From a virus (taxonomy: Duplodnaviria; Caudoviricetes), in the IMG/VR virus record IMGVR_UViG_3300025150_000002, positions 128,001 to 192,000 of that record: a stretch of 64,000 nt of DNA, one strand, 5' to 3'. How positions within the stretch are numbered: the first letter of the stretch is position 1; each line of letters begins with the position of its first letter. Of the stretch, positions 1 through 9,734 are shown piece by piece. The translations under genes were made by a program, and so were the position numbers. The notes under the pieces are model-generated. The model was not told the origin of the DNA. It saw nothing but the letters and a program-made list of their open reading frames with translations, and searched no databases.

Positions 1-1
1 C

Positions 2-181
2 CACGGTAAGGCTCGTCCAGGGTGTGGCGTCTACTGTGAGGTGATAACCCCAGTCCTGGAGGACGATGATCGGTCTGATCATCCTTACGCCCCGAACTCG
101 GAGTTGAGTGGGGCCAAGCTAGTCCAGCCCAAAAAGCAGAGGCCTGGTCACACGGGGCCGCTACCTCCGCCGCAGATCTAG
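2..181 (+). CDS. 3' end of a hypothetical protein (truncated by window start)
   Basis: Open frame HGKARPGCGVYCEV...PPPQI ending at TAG 179-181. Confidence 0.5.
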   Translation, partial: HGKARPGCGVYCEVITPVLEDDDRSDHPYAPNSELSGAKLVQPKKQRPGHTGPLPPPQI

Positions 182-183
182 CG

Positions 184-216
184 ATGGAGCTCATGCGTGT
201 ATGGTGCGGCCCATGA
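184..216 (+). pseudogene. Displaced original 5' end of thymidine kinase (MELMRVWCGP*)
   Basis: Matches TK N-terminus MQMLKVFCGPM at 1054; its TGA overlaps the endonuclease ATG at 213. Confidence 0.7.
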
Positions 217-1067
217 GCCACAGTCCAAGGCCGATCATCTATCCTGAGATGGGTCGAGAGCTCGCCTACTTCCTCGGCCTCTTCCTCGCAGACGGCTGTT
301 TCGAGCGCCGAGGCCGGGACTACGATTACAGCACTGTTGCCATCTCTCTGCGCGAGTCGGATGGTTACATCCTTGATGAACTAGGTGAGTGGTTGAGCGG
401 ATACAAGCTGCGTCCTCGGCTGGGACAAATGAAGAGGGGTCCATCGGCATCAGCCGCAGCCGAGGATCGCAAAAGGTTGCGGTTACACTCAAAACTCTTT
501 GTCGAGTACCTGACTTCAGAGCTCGGAATCCCAGTGCAGAACAAGGGCAAGCTTATGGGAATGCCGTCTCAGATCAACAATGAGATGGCTTCAGACTTCA
601 TTCGTGGGGTGTTCGACGGCGATGGTCACATCGCCTATCTTCCAAGTGGAAAGTTCTACGTATGTACTATGGGAGCGCTACTGCTACTGGAGGACATAGC
701 GCGCAAGCTGGCCGAATTGACCAGTGTTAGGCTATTAAGGCCGACAAAGCACAATTCTGGGGATGTTCACATCCTGCACTATTACAGTCGCGCCGAAGCC
801 CACGCCGTGTGCGAATTTCTCTACCAGGACCACCCGAGGTTCTTCATGGATCGAAAGCGCAATACCTGGCTGAGCTTTGTCGAGGAGAGATCATTGCCCA
901 TCAAGCGACCCGTTCGGTGGGATGACGATGAGACGGAAAGACTTATGGCGCTCAAGCAAGATCGCACGAGCCATGGGGTGATAGCCGAGGTCCTGGGTAG
1001 ATCAACCGCGTCTGTGACACAGCGCCTCCACGCCCTGAGAAAGTCGGGAACCTATGCAGATGCTTAA
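213..1067 (+). mobile_element. Free-standing LAGLIDADG homing endonuclease with C-terminal HTH
   Basis: Two LAGLIDADG motifs (YFLGLFLADG, FIRGVFDGDG); ATG 213 preferred over 201. Confidence 0.85.
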
Positions 1068-1659
1068 AGTCTTCTGCGGTCCGATGTGCGCCGCCAAAAC
1101 CACCGGGGCACTACACGCGGCACGGCGCTATGCCCGTCATGGGAAGCGCGTGGTCTTGATAAGACCGGCCGGTAGTCGCCGTGCTCACGAGGGCGATCCT
1201 GAGGCTCTGTCGACCAAGAATGGTGAGTCGTTTCCTAGCTTCGACGTAGAGCGGGTCGAGGACATCTTCGAGCGCTCACGGGGTGCAGACGTAGTCTGGC
1301 TCGACGAGCCGAACCACTTCAGGCACGAGTCTAGGTTATTGCACATCATCCCTGAGATAAGAAGGTCGTCCATTATCCTTGTCTCCGGTCTAGGGGCCAC
1401 ATCAGAGCTAGAGCCCTTTGGAAGCTCAATGCCGTTCTTTCTTGCTACGGCCGATGATGTGCAATGGAGGTCGGCAGACTGCGACCTCTGCCAAACCCAC
1501 GGTACAGCGACAAGGAGCCTCTACATCGGAGAGGCTCCTAAGTCAGGTCAGTTGAAGGCCGGTGGAGCGGAGAGCTATAGACCCGTGTGTCCGAAGTGCT
1601 GGACGTCCGCAACGGCGCTCAGCCCATCAGAGCGATGGGCCGTGTTCGCCGCGTCCTAG
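1054..1659 (+). CDS. tdk: Thymidine kinase
   Basis: CGPMCAAKT P-loop, LDEPNHF Walker B, GLGAT, Zn-binding CxxC pairs, GGAESYRPVCPKC. Confidence 0.88.
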   Translation: MQMLKVFCGPMCAAKTTGALHAARRYARHGKRVVLIRPAGSRRAHEGDPEALSTKNGESFPSFDVERVEDIFERSRGADVVWLDEPNHFRHESRLLHIIPEIRRSSIILVSGLGATSELEPFGSSMPFFLATADDVQWRSADCDLCQTHGTATRSLYIGEAPKSGQLKAGGAESYRPVCPKCWTSATALSPSERWAVFAAS

Positions 1660-2328
1660 TCCTCATCCTCGTCGTGGATCAGGCGATAGCCGATAGCCTT
1701 ATCACCGACGCTCTCATCGGCGAGCCTGGCCTGACGGGCGCTCTGAATCGGAACTCCCTTGTTCCTCAAAGAGTTCACCTTCGTCGACACGTGGTCGGCT
1801 GCGGGTAGGGCACCCATTCGGACCAGCAGCTTCGGCGTAGTGAACATCGGCCACCGCTGGATGAGGATGTCCACGAACTGCTGCTCCTTCTCGGAGAGAT
1901 CTCGTGTGGGCGTGAACGACCCGGGGTAGCCCTTCGCCTTGGCGGGGCCGGAGGCGTTGGTCCGCTGTGCGACCTTCTGCTTCTTGGCCGGAGGCTTCTT
2001 GGCCGGAGGCTTCTTGGTCGACTTCTTGGCGGCCACCGCCTCCTTCGGCTTCGCAACGGCGAACTGGTCCGCCTGCTTGTCCACCTGCTTGTCACGAGAC
2101 ACCACGACCAGTCGCTCCAGGTCGGCGCTGAACCCGTGGATCTCCGACTGCTGGTCGATGTAGTCCTCTAGTGTGCATAGGACGTCGAGCATCCTCGCCG
2201 CTCGGGCCGCCGCAGCGTCTGAGAGCTGCGCCGTCAGCTCGGCGATGACGGCCGCGCTCTCCTCATCCTCCGAGACGAACTGGCGAAGAGCCAGCAGGGT
2301 GTCACGAGTGCTCATGTACTTGTTCACG
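1656..2328 (-). CDS. Basic DNA-binding protein (coiled coil, KKPPA repeats, C-terminal HTH-like region)
   Basis: GGAGG RBS before GTG 2328; Lys/Pro/Ala repeats; the ORF-track start at 2465 overlaps the methyltransferase and is unlikely. Confidence 0.6.
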
Positions 2329-2329
2329 A

Positions 2330-3184
2330 TTATTCCTCCGTGGGGGTTGGGGTGCCTGACAGGTCGTTTATACCCAAGGCCCAACACCTCCGAAGTGCGG
2401 CAATGACGCCTTCGCTCAAATCGTAACCGAGCGACCTCATTCCGCGACTGGAAGCCGCGTAGCACGTCGTTCCTCCGCCTACGAACGGGTCGAATACCGT
2501 TGATCCGGTCGGAATCCCGCTAACAGTTATGAGCTTTACGGCGAGCTCAAGAGGAAATTCGTGCCTGTGCATCTTCTTGGTCGTCGACCCAGTCGTCTCA
2601 TACGGCAAGTACCAGATATCGCCAGGACAATGAACAGCATCAGATGCGCTTTTCCACCGCTTGATGTTCGTCTTGTCGGCGTAGGCGACGCCCACACCCT
2701 TGGCTTTTCTGTTGAGCGGAACGGCGCTCTTCTCGGGTTGCTTGATGAAGCAGATCACGTACTCCCAGCAGTAGTTGAGTAGGTGGTCTGAGTTGATCGG
2801 CTGGAAATGTCCCCGCGATACCACCTCAGTTCGCGCCTTGTTCCCACAGGACTCGCATTTCTCGACCCATCCGCCCACAGCGATGGACTTGACCCAGATG
2901 ATCGTCTGGCCGGGCGCCAGTTGACCGCCTCCTCCAGCAAGGATCTCTCGTTGAACATCGAACGGTCTATCGAGCTTCTCCTTGATCTGCCCGAAGATCA
3001 CGTAGGCGCGGCCGCCCGGCTTCAGGGTCCGGGCGAACACACCACCCAACTTACGCATAAGCTCATCGGTGTAGCCGTTCCTCTTGAAGTAGGGTGGACT
3101 GGTGATGATCAAGTCACAGCTGAGATCCTGAACCTCAGGACAGCCGTCTGCCACATCACCCACGTAGAATGAACCTTTAGCCAC
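2330..3184 (-). CDS. N4/N6 DNA methyltransferase, beta class
   Basis: ITSPPY (motif IV) N-terminal, HRHEFP, FDPFVGGGTT (motif I) C-terminal; CxxC insertion. Confidence 0.88.
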   Translation of the reverse strand: MAKGSFYVGDVADGCPEVQDLSCDLIITSPPYFKRNGYTDELMRKLGGVFARTLKPGGRAYVIFGQIKEKLDRPFDVQREILAGGGGQLAPGQTIIWVKSIAVGGWVEKCESCGNKARTEVVSRGHFQPINSDHLLNYCWEYVICFIKQPEKSAVPLNRKAKGVGVAYADKTNIKRWKSASDAVHCPGDIWYLPYETTGSTTKKMHRHEFPLELAVKLITVSGIPTGSTVFDPFVGGGTTCYAASSRGMRSLGYDLSEGVIAALRRCWALGINDLSGTPTPTEE

Positions 3185-3277
3185 GGGAGCACCTCCGAGT
3201 TCTCATACTACAGGCCTACTCGCCGGAGTACAAGTCCGCACCCGACGATTCGTGTAGGATCCAGACAGGAGTAAGAG

Positions 3278-3607
3278 ATGGGCAAAATTAGGAGCGGACT
3301 AGAGGCCGGACGTTACGCTTACAGCGCACACTCACTCCTACTATCGGGCGACATCGTAGAGGTGTTTATCGGCAGGTGGGAGACCACGTCCGAGACCTCT
3401 CGCGTCTTGAAGAAATACCCGATAGAGGAGACAGTTGATGAGGGTGAGGTGCTTTGCACGATCAAGCTCCGACGCCCCATCTCACTAGACGAGTATCGAG
3501 AGGTTCACCGACCAGAGATCAGACCGATGGTCCGCAGCGTCGGTGCGGACGTCTCGATGGTCATGCTTCCGGCCAATATGGTCTGCACCATCCCAGATTC
3601 CATGTAG
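3278..3607 (+). CDS. Hypothetical protein
   Basis: AGGAG RBS, first gene of a + operon. Confidence 0.6.
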   Translation: MGKIRSGLEAGRYAYSAHSLLLSGDIVEVFIGRWETTSETSRVLKKYPIEETVDEGEVLCTIKLRRPISLDEYREVHRPEIRPMVRSVGADVSMVMLPANMVCTIPDSM

Positions 3608-3616
3608 GAGTTACGT

Positions 3617-3862
3617 ATGAGCGATATGCCCGAGCCAACCCGCATCAAGGTGTCTTTCGGCGTCGACGTCGACATCAAGTTACTGAACGAAATCAAGGCG
3701 CGGCTTGAGAACCTACGTCCTGGGTCGGTGGACTACTGCGTGGAGTGGGACAGGCTCAAGGCCCACTACACCCTTTTCCAGTCACGGCTCGATGGGGAGT
3801 GCTCGGCCTACATGAACATCGCCAAGGAGCAAGCTCGTCAGCTATTCGGCCTCTCCGGGTAG
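3617..3862 (+). CDS. Hypothetical protein
   Basis: AGGAG RBS, operon context. Confidence 0.6.
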   Translation: MSDMPEPTRIKVSFGVDVDIKLLNEIKARLENLRPGSVDYCVEWDRLKAHYTLFQSRLDGECSAYMNIAKEQARQLFGLSG

Positions 3863-3900
3863 AAGTAGAGGACTAAGGACGCACCCCTAGAAGGACGAAC

Positions 3901-4410
3901 ATGAGCGGTAACATCGGAGTGGAGATGACGGTCCTCCGTCCAGAGGGGCGAGATGACTTGATGAAAGGCATGGTTCTCAGGCGAATTCGAGATGGTGCAC
4001 CCCTAACCCGTAGCCAGCTCGACGTCGCTATCGAGCAAGACATCATCGAGATCCAGCGCCAATGGCGTCAGTTCGACTTCGAGGCCTACACTGGTGTGGA
4101 CCTGGATACCTTCTACAAGGCCATGATGGTCGGGATGCTCCTGAACGAGCGACAGGTCGACGAGAGCACCTCGGTTTACGAGCGCGGTCAGCTTGCAGGT
4201 GAGTTCGAGGCTGGTCTCTCTGACGATATGGAGTGGTTGATCGATTCGCTCCCAATGTCGACGCGTGGGTTCTTCGACAAGCTGAAGCAGAACCCGGAGC
4301 GCGAGATTTCTGCCCAGGAGTTCCTGGACAGTCTCGACAAGACGGTGGTCGAGGATCACCGCAACAAGCTCAAGGGCCCCGACATCTCCGACCACCAGCT
4401 TCGCGCCTAG
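3901..4410 (+). CDS. Hypothetical protein
   Basis: 169 aa ORF with RBS. Confidence 0.6.
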   Translation: MSGNIGVEMTVLRPEGRDDLMKGMVLRRIRDGAPLTRSQLDVAIEQDIIEIQRQWRQFDFEAYTGVDLDTFYKAMMVGMLLNERQVDESTSVYERGQLAGEFEAGLSDDMEWLIDSLPMSTRGFFDKLKQNPEREISAQEFLDSLDKTVVEDHRNKLKGPDISDHQLRA

Positions 4411-4416
4411 GAGCTC

Positions 4417-4650
4417 TTGGTGTTCCAGGTAAACGACCGAGTCAGAAAGCGATTCTGCTTCGGAGGGACCTCGAAGCGCTTCAACCCTGAGGGTACCGTT
4501 GTCGGCATCAACGGTAGGTGGATCCACGTCTTGCACGACAAACCAGTGTACCCTCAGGGTATGGTAGCTGCTCAGCCAGATAGGTTCGACTATCTGGCTG
4601 AGGAGCTAGAGCACATCAATCCGCTGTTACGGATTGCCTTCGAGAACTAG
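4417..4650 (+). CDS. Small SH3-like hypothetical protein
   Basis: AGGAG RBS then TTG; FQVNDRVR...GTVVGI pattern; ends NPLLRIAFEN. Confidence 0.55.
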   Translation: MVFQVNDRVRKRFCFGGTSKRFNPEGTVVGINGRWIHVLHDKPVYPQGMVAAQPDRFDYLAEELEHINPLLRIAFEN

Positions 4651-6035
4651 TTGGCAAGAATCTTCATGAGGGCTCCCCACACACGCTCCTGCGCGTCCAG
4701 GTCCTCAAGGAAAATCGCCTCCATTTCCTTCTGTGTCTTGGCCTCCACGCCCATCAGCTCGTAGCCGGTGCCGGTCTCCTTCTTCTTGAGGAGCTCGTAG
4801 CGCTTCGCGTACTCCCACAACCAGATGGTGTTATCGGTGTCTCCGACGCGCCGACCGTGCCCAGCCCGCATCCAGTAGTGGAAGGTCCCGTAACGGCCTG
4901 GCGGACAGATGCCAGAATCGGTGACCTTGCACTCGATCTCGATGAAGTCGGAGGTGTCGTCCTCGCCGGGCTTCCACTTGCCTCCGAACTTCGTGACGTG
5001 GTCCTTGTAGCCACCCTTTCCGTCCGACAGAAGGTAGTGCTTCTGTCGCTTCTGGAACTTGATGTCACAGGCGCTGGTGTAGCCCTGACCGAGTCCACCC
5101 GGCATGACATCCGGGTTGCCGAACGCCGATGTCTTGTTGCGAATCTGGTTGATGCAGATGACGGTCGGCTTTCGGGTGCTGAGGATGTCTTTGCTCACCA
5201 GCGAGCAGACCCACTTGCGCATGGCTGAGTTGACCAGCATGGCGTTCCGCCCGATGGTCTTACCCTTCTCGGCGGCCTTCTGAAGCTCGTCGGCGCTGGT
5301 GATCTGTGCGATCGAGTCGATGATCACCAGCCCGATTCCGGCGTCGGACCGCAAAGCAGCGTCGGCGATGTCGACGACCTGCTCACCGCCTTTGGGTGAG
5401 ACCATAGCAAGTCGCTCTGGGGCGATACCGTGGGCCTCAGCCCACGGCCGGTTATCCGAGATACGACCCTCGACATCCACGTAGAGACACTTGGCGTAGA
5501 TGAACGGGCCCACGCACTTACACAGCAGACGGTGCTCGAAGCAGCGTCCGCAGTGGTTGGAGGTGAAGGCCTCGGCACAGTTCAGCGCCGACCCGGTTTT
5601 GGCACTCTTGGGCACTCCCCAGAACCGATAAAGGCGGCCTCTGCGGAGGCCTCCGTAGCACAGACGGTCGAGGACGAAGTTACCGGTCGACATGACCGGC
5701 GTGCCATCTACTGGTAGATCAGACGCCCTTTCGATGGAGCCAGGCCACCGCTCTTGGGCCGCAGTCATCCAGGCGTCGAACGGATCGGGTTCAACCTCGT
5801 CCTTCTTCTTGCGGCCCGCCTTCTTCTTGGTCTTCTTGACCTTTGCGGCCGGTTCGGTCTCACCATCCTCGTCAGCGTCGGGTTCGTCCGACTGATCAGA
5901 CGAGTCATCTGCTGGCTCGTCTGCTGGTTCTTCGAAGGCCTCATCAGCTTCAACCGTGTCTATGGCGGCAGGAGCATCAGTGATCTTCTTGGAGGTTGAT
6001 CGCTTCTTGGTTGTCTTCTTCTTCTTTTTAGCCAT
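4647..6035 (-). CDS. recA: RecA-like recombinase with Lys-rich/acidic N-terminal extension
   Basis: STGNFVLD, GVPKSAKT Walker A, VIIDSIAQ Walker B, INQIR, MPGGLGQGY. Confidence 0.82.
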   Translation of the reverse strand: MAKKKKKTTKKRSTSKKITDAPAAIDTVEADEAFEEPADEPADDSSDQSDEPDADEDGETEPAAKVKKTKKKAGRKKKDEVEPDPFDAWMTAAQERWPGSIERASDLPVDGTPVMSTGNFVLDRLCYGGLRRGRLYRFWGVPKSAKTGSALNCAEAFTSNHCGRCFEHRLLCKCVGPFIYAKCLYVDVEGRISDNRPWAEAHGIAPERLAMVSPKGGEQVVDIADAALRSDAGIGLVIIDSIAQITSADELQKAAEKGKTIGRNAMLVNSAMRKWVCSLVSKDILSTRKPTVICINQIRNKTSAFGNPDVMPGGLGQGYTSACDIKFQKRQKHYLLSDGKGGYKDHVTKFGGKWKPGEDDTSDFIEIECKVTDSGICPPGRYGTFHYWMRAGHGRRVGDTDNTIWLWEYAKRYELLKKKETGTGYELMGVEAKTQKEMEAIFLEDLDAQERVWGALMKILAN

Positions 6036-6062
6036 GGGTTCCTATCAGCGATTCGTAAGGGG

Positions 6063-6476
6063 TTAGATCGCGATGTCGTCCAGGGCCTTCTTGATGATCG
6101 GGATCTCGCGCATGACGCGCTCCTTCGCCATTCGATAGGCGAGCTCGATCGCGTCTGGGAGCTCCTCCTTGTAGCAAGGGAGGTAAACGCCTACCTCTAC
6201 GCCCACAGACTGAAAGCTGCGAGATAGCTTGACAGGCACGCTGACGTGGGCGACGGCGGGTGTGGTGGCGAAGATCTGCACCTCAATGACTTGCTCAGTA
6301 GAGGCCGAGTCTTGGTCGACGCCATCAAGCTTCACGGTGCGCTGAACGACGACCTTGGTCTCGGCGGTTACAGGGACCATCGCAGCCTCAAGAGCTGCAG
6401 GATCCTTCGTAACCTCAGGTTCGTCAATTACTTCGGTAGTCGGTTCATCAAACATTGAGGTCCTCGGTGTAGTCAC
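6063..6476 (-). CDS. Hypothetical protein
   Basis: Operon context; ends KALDDIAI. Confidence 0.6.
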   Translation of the reverse strand: MTTPRTSMFDEPTTEVIDEPEVTKDPAALEAAMVPVTAETKVVVQRTVKLDGVDQDSASTEQVIEVQIFATTPAVAHVSVPVKLSRSFQSVGVEVGVYLPCYKEELPDAIELAYRMAKERVMREIPIIKKALDDIAI

Positions 6477-6972
6477 TGACGATCGGAATGGGCCGGTCGC
6501 TTAGTTGAGTTGTCTGCCAAGACTCTTTTACCCGGAGTGACCACTCATCGAGCCGACCACTTTTTGACACGACTTGGGCAATCAAGAAAACCACGAACTC
6601 AGCAGGATACCAACGTCGCCCGAGAGAGTCCTTTGCGTAGTTGAGCGGAATGTAGCCTTTCTTTTCCCAATTCACAATCGTACGAGCAGAAACCCCCAAC
6701 AAACTGGCTACCTTGCCACTGCTCAGCAGCGTGACGCTGATCCCGTTCATCACGATGAGCTTGTCACGGTTGAACGATCTCCTCCGATCGCTTCCGCTCT
6801 TCTTTTTTCTCTGCCTACGCACGGATGCCTTGATGCTCTCCTGGTAGGAAGGGTCGTTGGCGTAACGCTCGCGGCGCCGCTTAAGGATCCTCTCTGCTTT
6901 CCTGCGGTCCTCCCGCCACCGCCTGCGCGACTCGTCCCGGCGAATAAGACTGATGATTGGGTCGTTGGTCAC
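6448..6972 (-). CDS. MerR-like HTH DNA-binding protein
   Basis: SGKVASLLGVSARTIVNWEKKGYIP...GRRWY. Confidence 0.7.
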   Translation of the reverse strand: MTNDPIISLIRRDESRRRWREDRRKAERILKRRRERYANDPSYQESIKASVRRQRKKKSGSDRRRSFNRDKLIVMNGISVTLLSSGKVASLLGVSARTIVNWEKKGYIPLNYAKDSLGRRWYPAEFVVFLIAQVVSKSGRLDEWSLRVKESWQTTQLSDRPIPIVSDYTEDLNV

Positions 6973-6974
6973 GA

Positions 6975-9734
6975 CTAGCTGGGGTTCCTGGTGATTCTGG
7001 TCACCTTGATTCCGAGCTGAGCATAGGTGTCGTAACGTCGATCAGCCTTTCGGATGGCGTAGTCTACGTTTTCGTAAGGATCGATGGCCAACAACGGGCG
7101 CCGGTCGGCCGGACCCTTATCGCGGAGACGTCCAATAGGCTGGAGTGGCTTTCCTGGAGGAGTCGCAAAGAGAAGCGTATCGATGTGAGGGATGTTCATG
7201 GCGTCGCGGCCGAACGCGTACGTGCAGAAGATCACATCACCGCTCATCGCGTCGTCGAGCTTGGAGCCCTTCAGGCCGCCAACAAGCAAGGTGACATTTG
7301 TGTCCTCATCGAGGAGCAGGAGCTCGTCAGACGCGTCGGGGGAGGATGCATCGGGGGAGGATGCGTATACCAGTGCGTCTAGGACGTTTAGCCTGGCCGA
7401 GAAATTCTCCTTCAGAGCCTTAAGGTGATCCTTCAACCGGGCGAAAACCAAAACCCGTCGCCCTTTACCCCGCATCTTGACCAGCTCATTTACGAGGAAT
7501 TCGTTGCGCCGTGTGTCCTCGGCCAACATCTTGTCGTACTTGAGAGGGTCCGGCATTGGTTCGCCGCTAGGGGTCCTCTTCCACGAGTTGGTGTATTCCC
7601 GCACCTCGTAGCGCTTTTTGTAGAGGACCTGGACGACATCCGGCTTCGGCGTCGCCATGACGACCTTATGGATGATTGGACCGAAGTGCCACGTTACGAG
7701 TTTGTCCAGGCCGTCATCCCTAGTAGGGTCGGCCGACATTCCTACCCTGTAACGTGTAGGAAAGAGCTTCATGACCTCGTTCCACTGCGGTGCACCGAAT
7801 CGGTTGCAGTTGTGGACCAACAGCCCATTGGCAACAAACGAGTGGTGCTCATCAACTTCCAGGTCAAACACGGGGTCATATACTGAAGCGTCTTCTACGA
7901 TCCTCGTAATCGTCGGGAAATTTGTAACGCATGGAAGGCGCAGCGTAATCTCTGACAATCCGTAGCCACTTGATGGCTTCTCTGACTTTGAGTTTGATGA
8001 TCCAGTACTTCCCTTTTGATGGGTACACTGAGCCATCGACCTTGAATCGGTCGTAGATGTAGTCCCGGAGCAGGCACACTTCGTCTTTGGAGAAGCCCTC
8101 AGTGTGAAATCTGATACCACCTCTTTGGCAGTTCCCATCGTCCATGTACCACCACGCCCATCCCTCATCAGAGATCGCAGATAACCACGCCGGGTTGACC
8201 TGTCTGCCGGGCCCGACACGGTCTCGCACTGAGAGCAGTGATGGGTGGGTGCAACTTGTTCCTCTGTAGAGGACATCTCCGTAACCGTGGTTCTCTTTTT
8301 CTCTGACCTGGACGTGCAGTCCGACAAGTCGTTGGGCTTTGTAATACGCCCAGTCTTTTTGTCGTGGACCATGGTTGAACACGATCCCTGGATAGACGAT
8401 TCCCCGCCCTCGGCCCCCTCCTGATCTTCCTCCGGTCCTGGAGGTGTTTGAGTAAAGAGCGCTGTCTCCGAGCAGTGTTCCGTAGACAAGTCCAAGGCAG
8501 TCGTCTGAGAGTGGGCGCCTGACGCCTTTGCAGCCGTTGTGCCCCAACACAACGCGCGGCCATTTGTAGTTCTTGATTCGAGCTCTTTCGAGGTCTGCTC
8601 GGACGCGCAGCTGTTCCCCACAGCCACAGGCACAGAATGGCGCTGATTCGTTGAGAATCCGGATTCGCTCTTCCCAGTCAATTGATCTGCGACGATTGTG
8701 GTGCCCCCGTACGAACCGTCGTCTTCGACCCCGTTTGTCACGTCTTGGGACAGACTCTCCGCAACCGCACTCACAGGCGATAGTAGCCGCATCCCCTCCT
8801 TTAGATTTTGAGCCTGAATCCAGCCTCGATCTGTCCGAATCAGGTGTTCTGGAGTGCATCGAAGAGTGACCCCTTCCGATGTTTCGATCGCCAGAGTCCT
8901 CTTCACACCCTTTGGAACCCATCTAATGATCCTCCGATAAGTCCATCGCTCATGATACTCATCGTAACATAGCACTGAACTGGCACCGGAACCAGGAATA
9001 TCTTTGATGGGCACTTTACCCACATCCGTGTCGATGAGGGAGTCACCAGCGATGCACTCGTCAGCCACGATCACGCCAAACTGGGCGTAGAGCTCGGGCG
9101 GGTATTCCTTCTCGCTGAGCAGGCTCTGCACCATCATGATAGTGACGGGGCGTCCTAGATCGCAGCGATCACGCTGAACAATCCCTATCTCCTCATCATT
9201 GAGTCCGAACAGCCATTTGGCTGTTTCGACCCAGTTCTTGACCATGTGCTCGTTATAGACCAACACACCAATGGTGGTGTTCAGCCGGTGGCCGATCGCA
9301 TATCCGAGGATTGTCTTACCGCACCCGGTGGGGGCGCACAAAATACCGCCGGAATGTTCCTTCAGATGCTTGACAACCATCTCTACGGCGAGCGGCTGGC
9401 CTCGTTTCGAATCGAGGACTGCGTTGAACGGTAGGTTCGTTGGTCGACCGTCGACCCACTCGAATTTGATGTCGTGGTTTCCGAGCTTTCGCTTACTGAT
9501 GGATTCAGCGAAGAAGAACCTGGGGATCCAGAAGTAGCCATCCTTCTTGTAAAAGGCTTCCACATCGATAGCAGGCGCGTCGTTCCACGACTTCATCTGT
9601 AGCGTTAGCCGCTCTTGCATGTCTAACTGTACGTCTACCTTGAGCTTCTTGGCCAGGATGCCAAGATAGCCTTGTAGCCGATACACATCAGGCTCAGAGG
9701 TCGTAGACATAACAGTCGGGCCTCGCACTCCCAT
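6975..9734 (-). CDS. SF2 DExH helicase (UvsW/XPB-like) with intein
   Basis: APTGCGKT, VADE[intein]CNRFG, GMSADPTR, QPIGRLR. Confidence 0.88.
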   Translation of the reverse strand: MGVRGPTVMSTTSEPDVYRLQGYLGILAKKLKVDVQLDMQERLTLQMKSWNDAPAIDVEAFYKKDGYFWIPRFFFAESISKRKLGNHDIKFEWVDGRPTNLPFNAVLDSKRGQPLAVEMVVKHLKEHSGGILCAPTGCGKTILGYAIGHRLNTTIGVLVYNEHMVKNWVETAKWLFGLNDEEIGIVQRDRCDLGRPVTIMMVQSLLSEKEYPPELYAQFGVIVADECIAGDSLIDTDVGKVPIKDIPGSGASSVLCYDEYHERWTYRRIIRWVPKGVKRTLAIETSEGVTLRCTPEHLIRTDRGWIQAQNLKEGMRLLSPVSAVAESLSQDVTNGVEDDGSYGGTTIVADQLTGKSESGFSTNQRHSVPVAVGNSCASEQTSKELESRTTNGRALCWGTTAAKASGAHSQTTALDLSTEHCSETALFTQTPPGPEEDQEGAEGGESSIQGSCSTMVHDKKTGRITKPNDLSDCTSRSEKKRTTVTEMSSTEEQVAPTHHCSQCETVSGPADRSTRRGYLRSLMRDGRGGTWTMGTAKEVVSDFTLRASPKTKCACSGTTSTTDSRSMAQCTHQKGSTGSSNSKSEKPSSGYGLSEITLRLPCVTNFPTITRIVEDASVYDPVFDLEVDEHHSFVANGLLVHNCNRFGAPQWNEVMKLFPTRYRVGMSADPTRDDGLDKLVTWHFGPIIHKVVMATPKPDVVQVLYKKRYEVREYTNSWKRTPSGEPMPDPLKYDKMLAEDTRRNEFLVNELVKMRGKGRRVLVFARLKDHLKALKENFSARLNVLDALVYASSPDASSPDASDELLLLDEDTNVTLLVGGLKGSKLDDAMSGDVIFCTYAFGRDAMNIPHIDTLLFATPPGKPLQPIGRLRDKGPADRRPLLAIDPYENVDYAIRKADRRYDTYAQLGIKVTRITRNPS
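7809..9056 (-). mobile_element. Intein (416 aa) in helicase motif II; endonuclease not in frame
   Basis: CIAGD...TPEH block B...FDLEVDEHHSFVANGLLVHN|C; Ser/Thr-rich interior. Confidence 0.9.
7876..8922 (-). CDS. LAGLIDADG homing endonuclease overlapping the intein in the -1 frame
   Basis: GGAGG 8 nt before ATG 8922; CxCGCG x2, VYGTLLGDS, AWWYMDDG, FHTEGFS. Confidence 0.85.
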   Translation of the reverse strand: MGSKGCEEDSGDRNIGRGHSSMHSRTPDSDRSRLDSGSKSKGGDAATIACECGCGESVPRRDKRGRRRRFVRGHHNRRRSIDWEERIRILNESAPFCACGCGEQLRVRADLERARIKNYKWPRVVLGHNGCKGVRRPLSDDCLGLVYGTLLGDSALYSNTSRTGGRSGGGRGRGIVYPGIVFNHGPRQKDWAYYKAQRLVGLHVQVREKENHGYGDVLYRGTSCTHPSLLSVRDRVGPGRQVNPAWLSAISDEGWAWWYMDDGNCQRGGIRFHTEGFSKDEVCLLRDYIYDRFKVDGSVYPSKGKYWIIKLKVREAIKWLRIVRDYAAPSMRYKFPDDYEDRRRRFSI

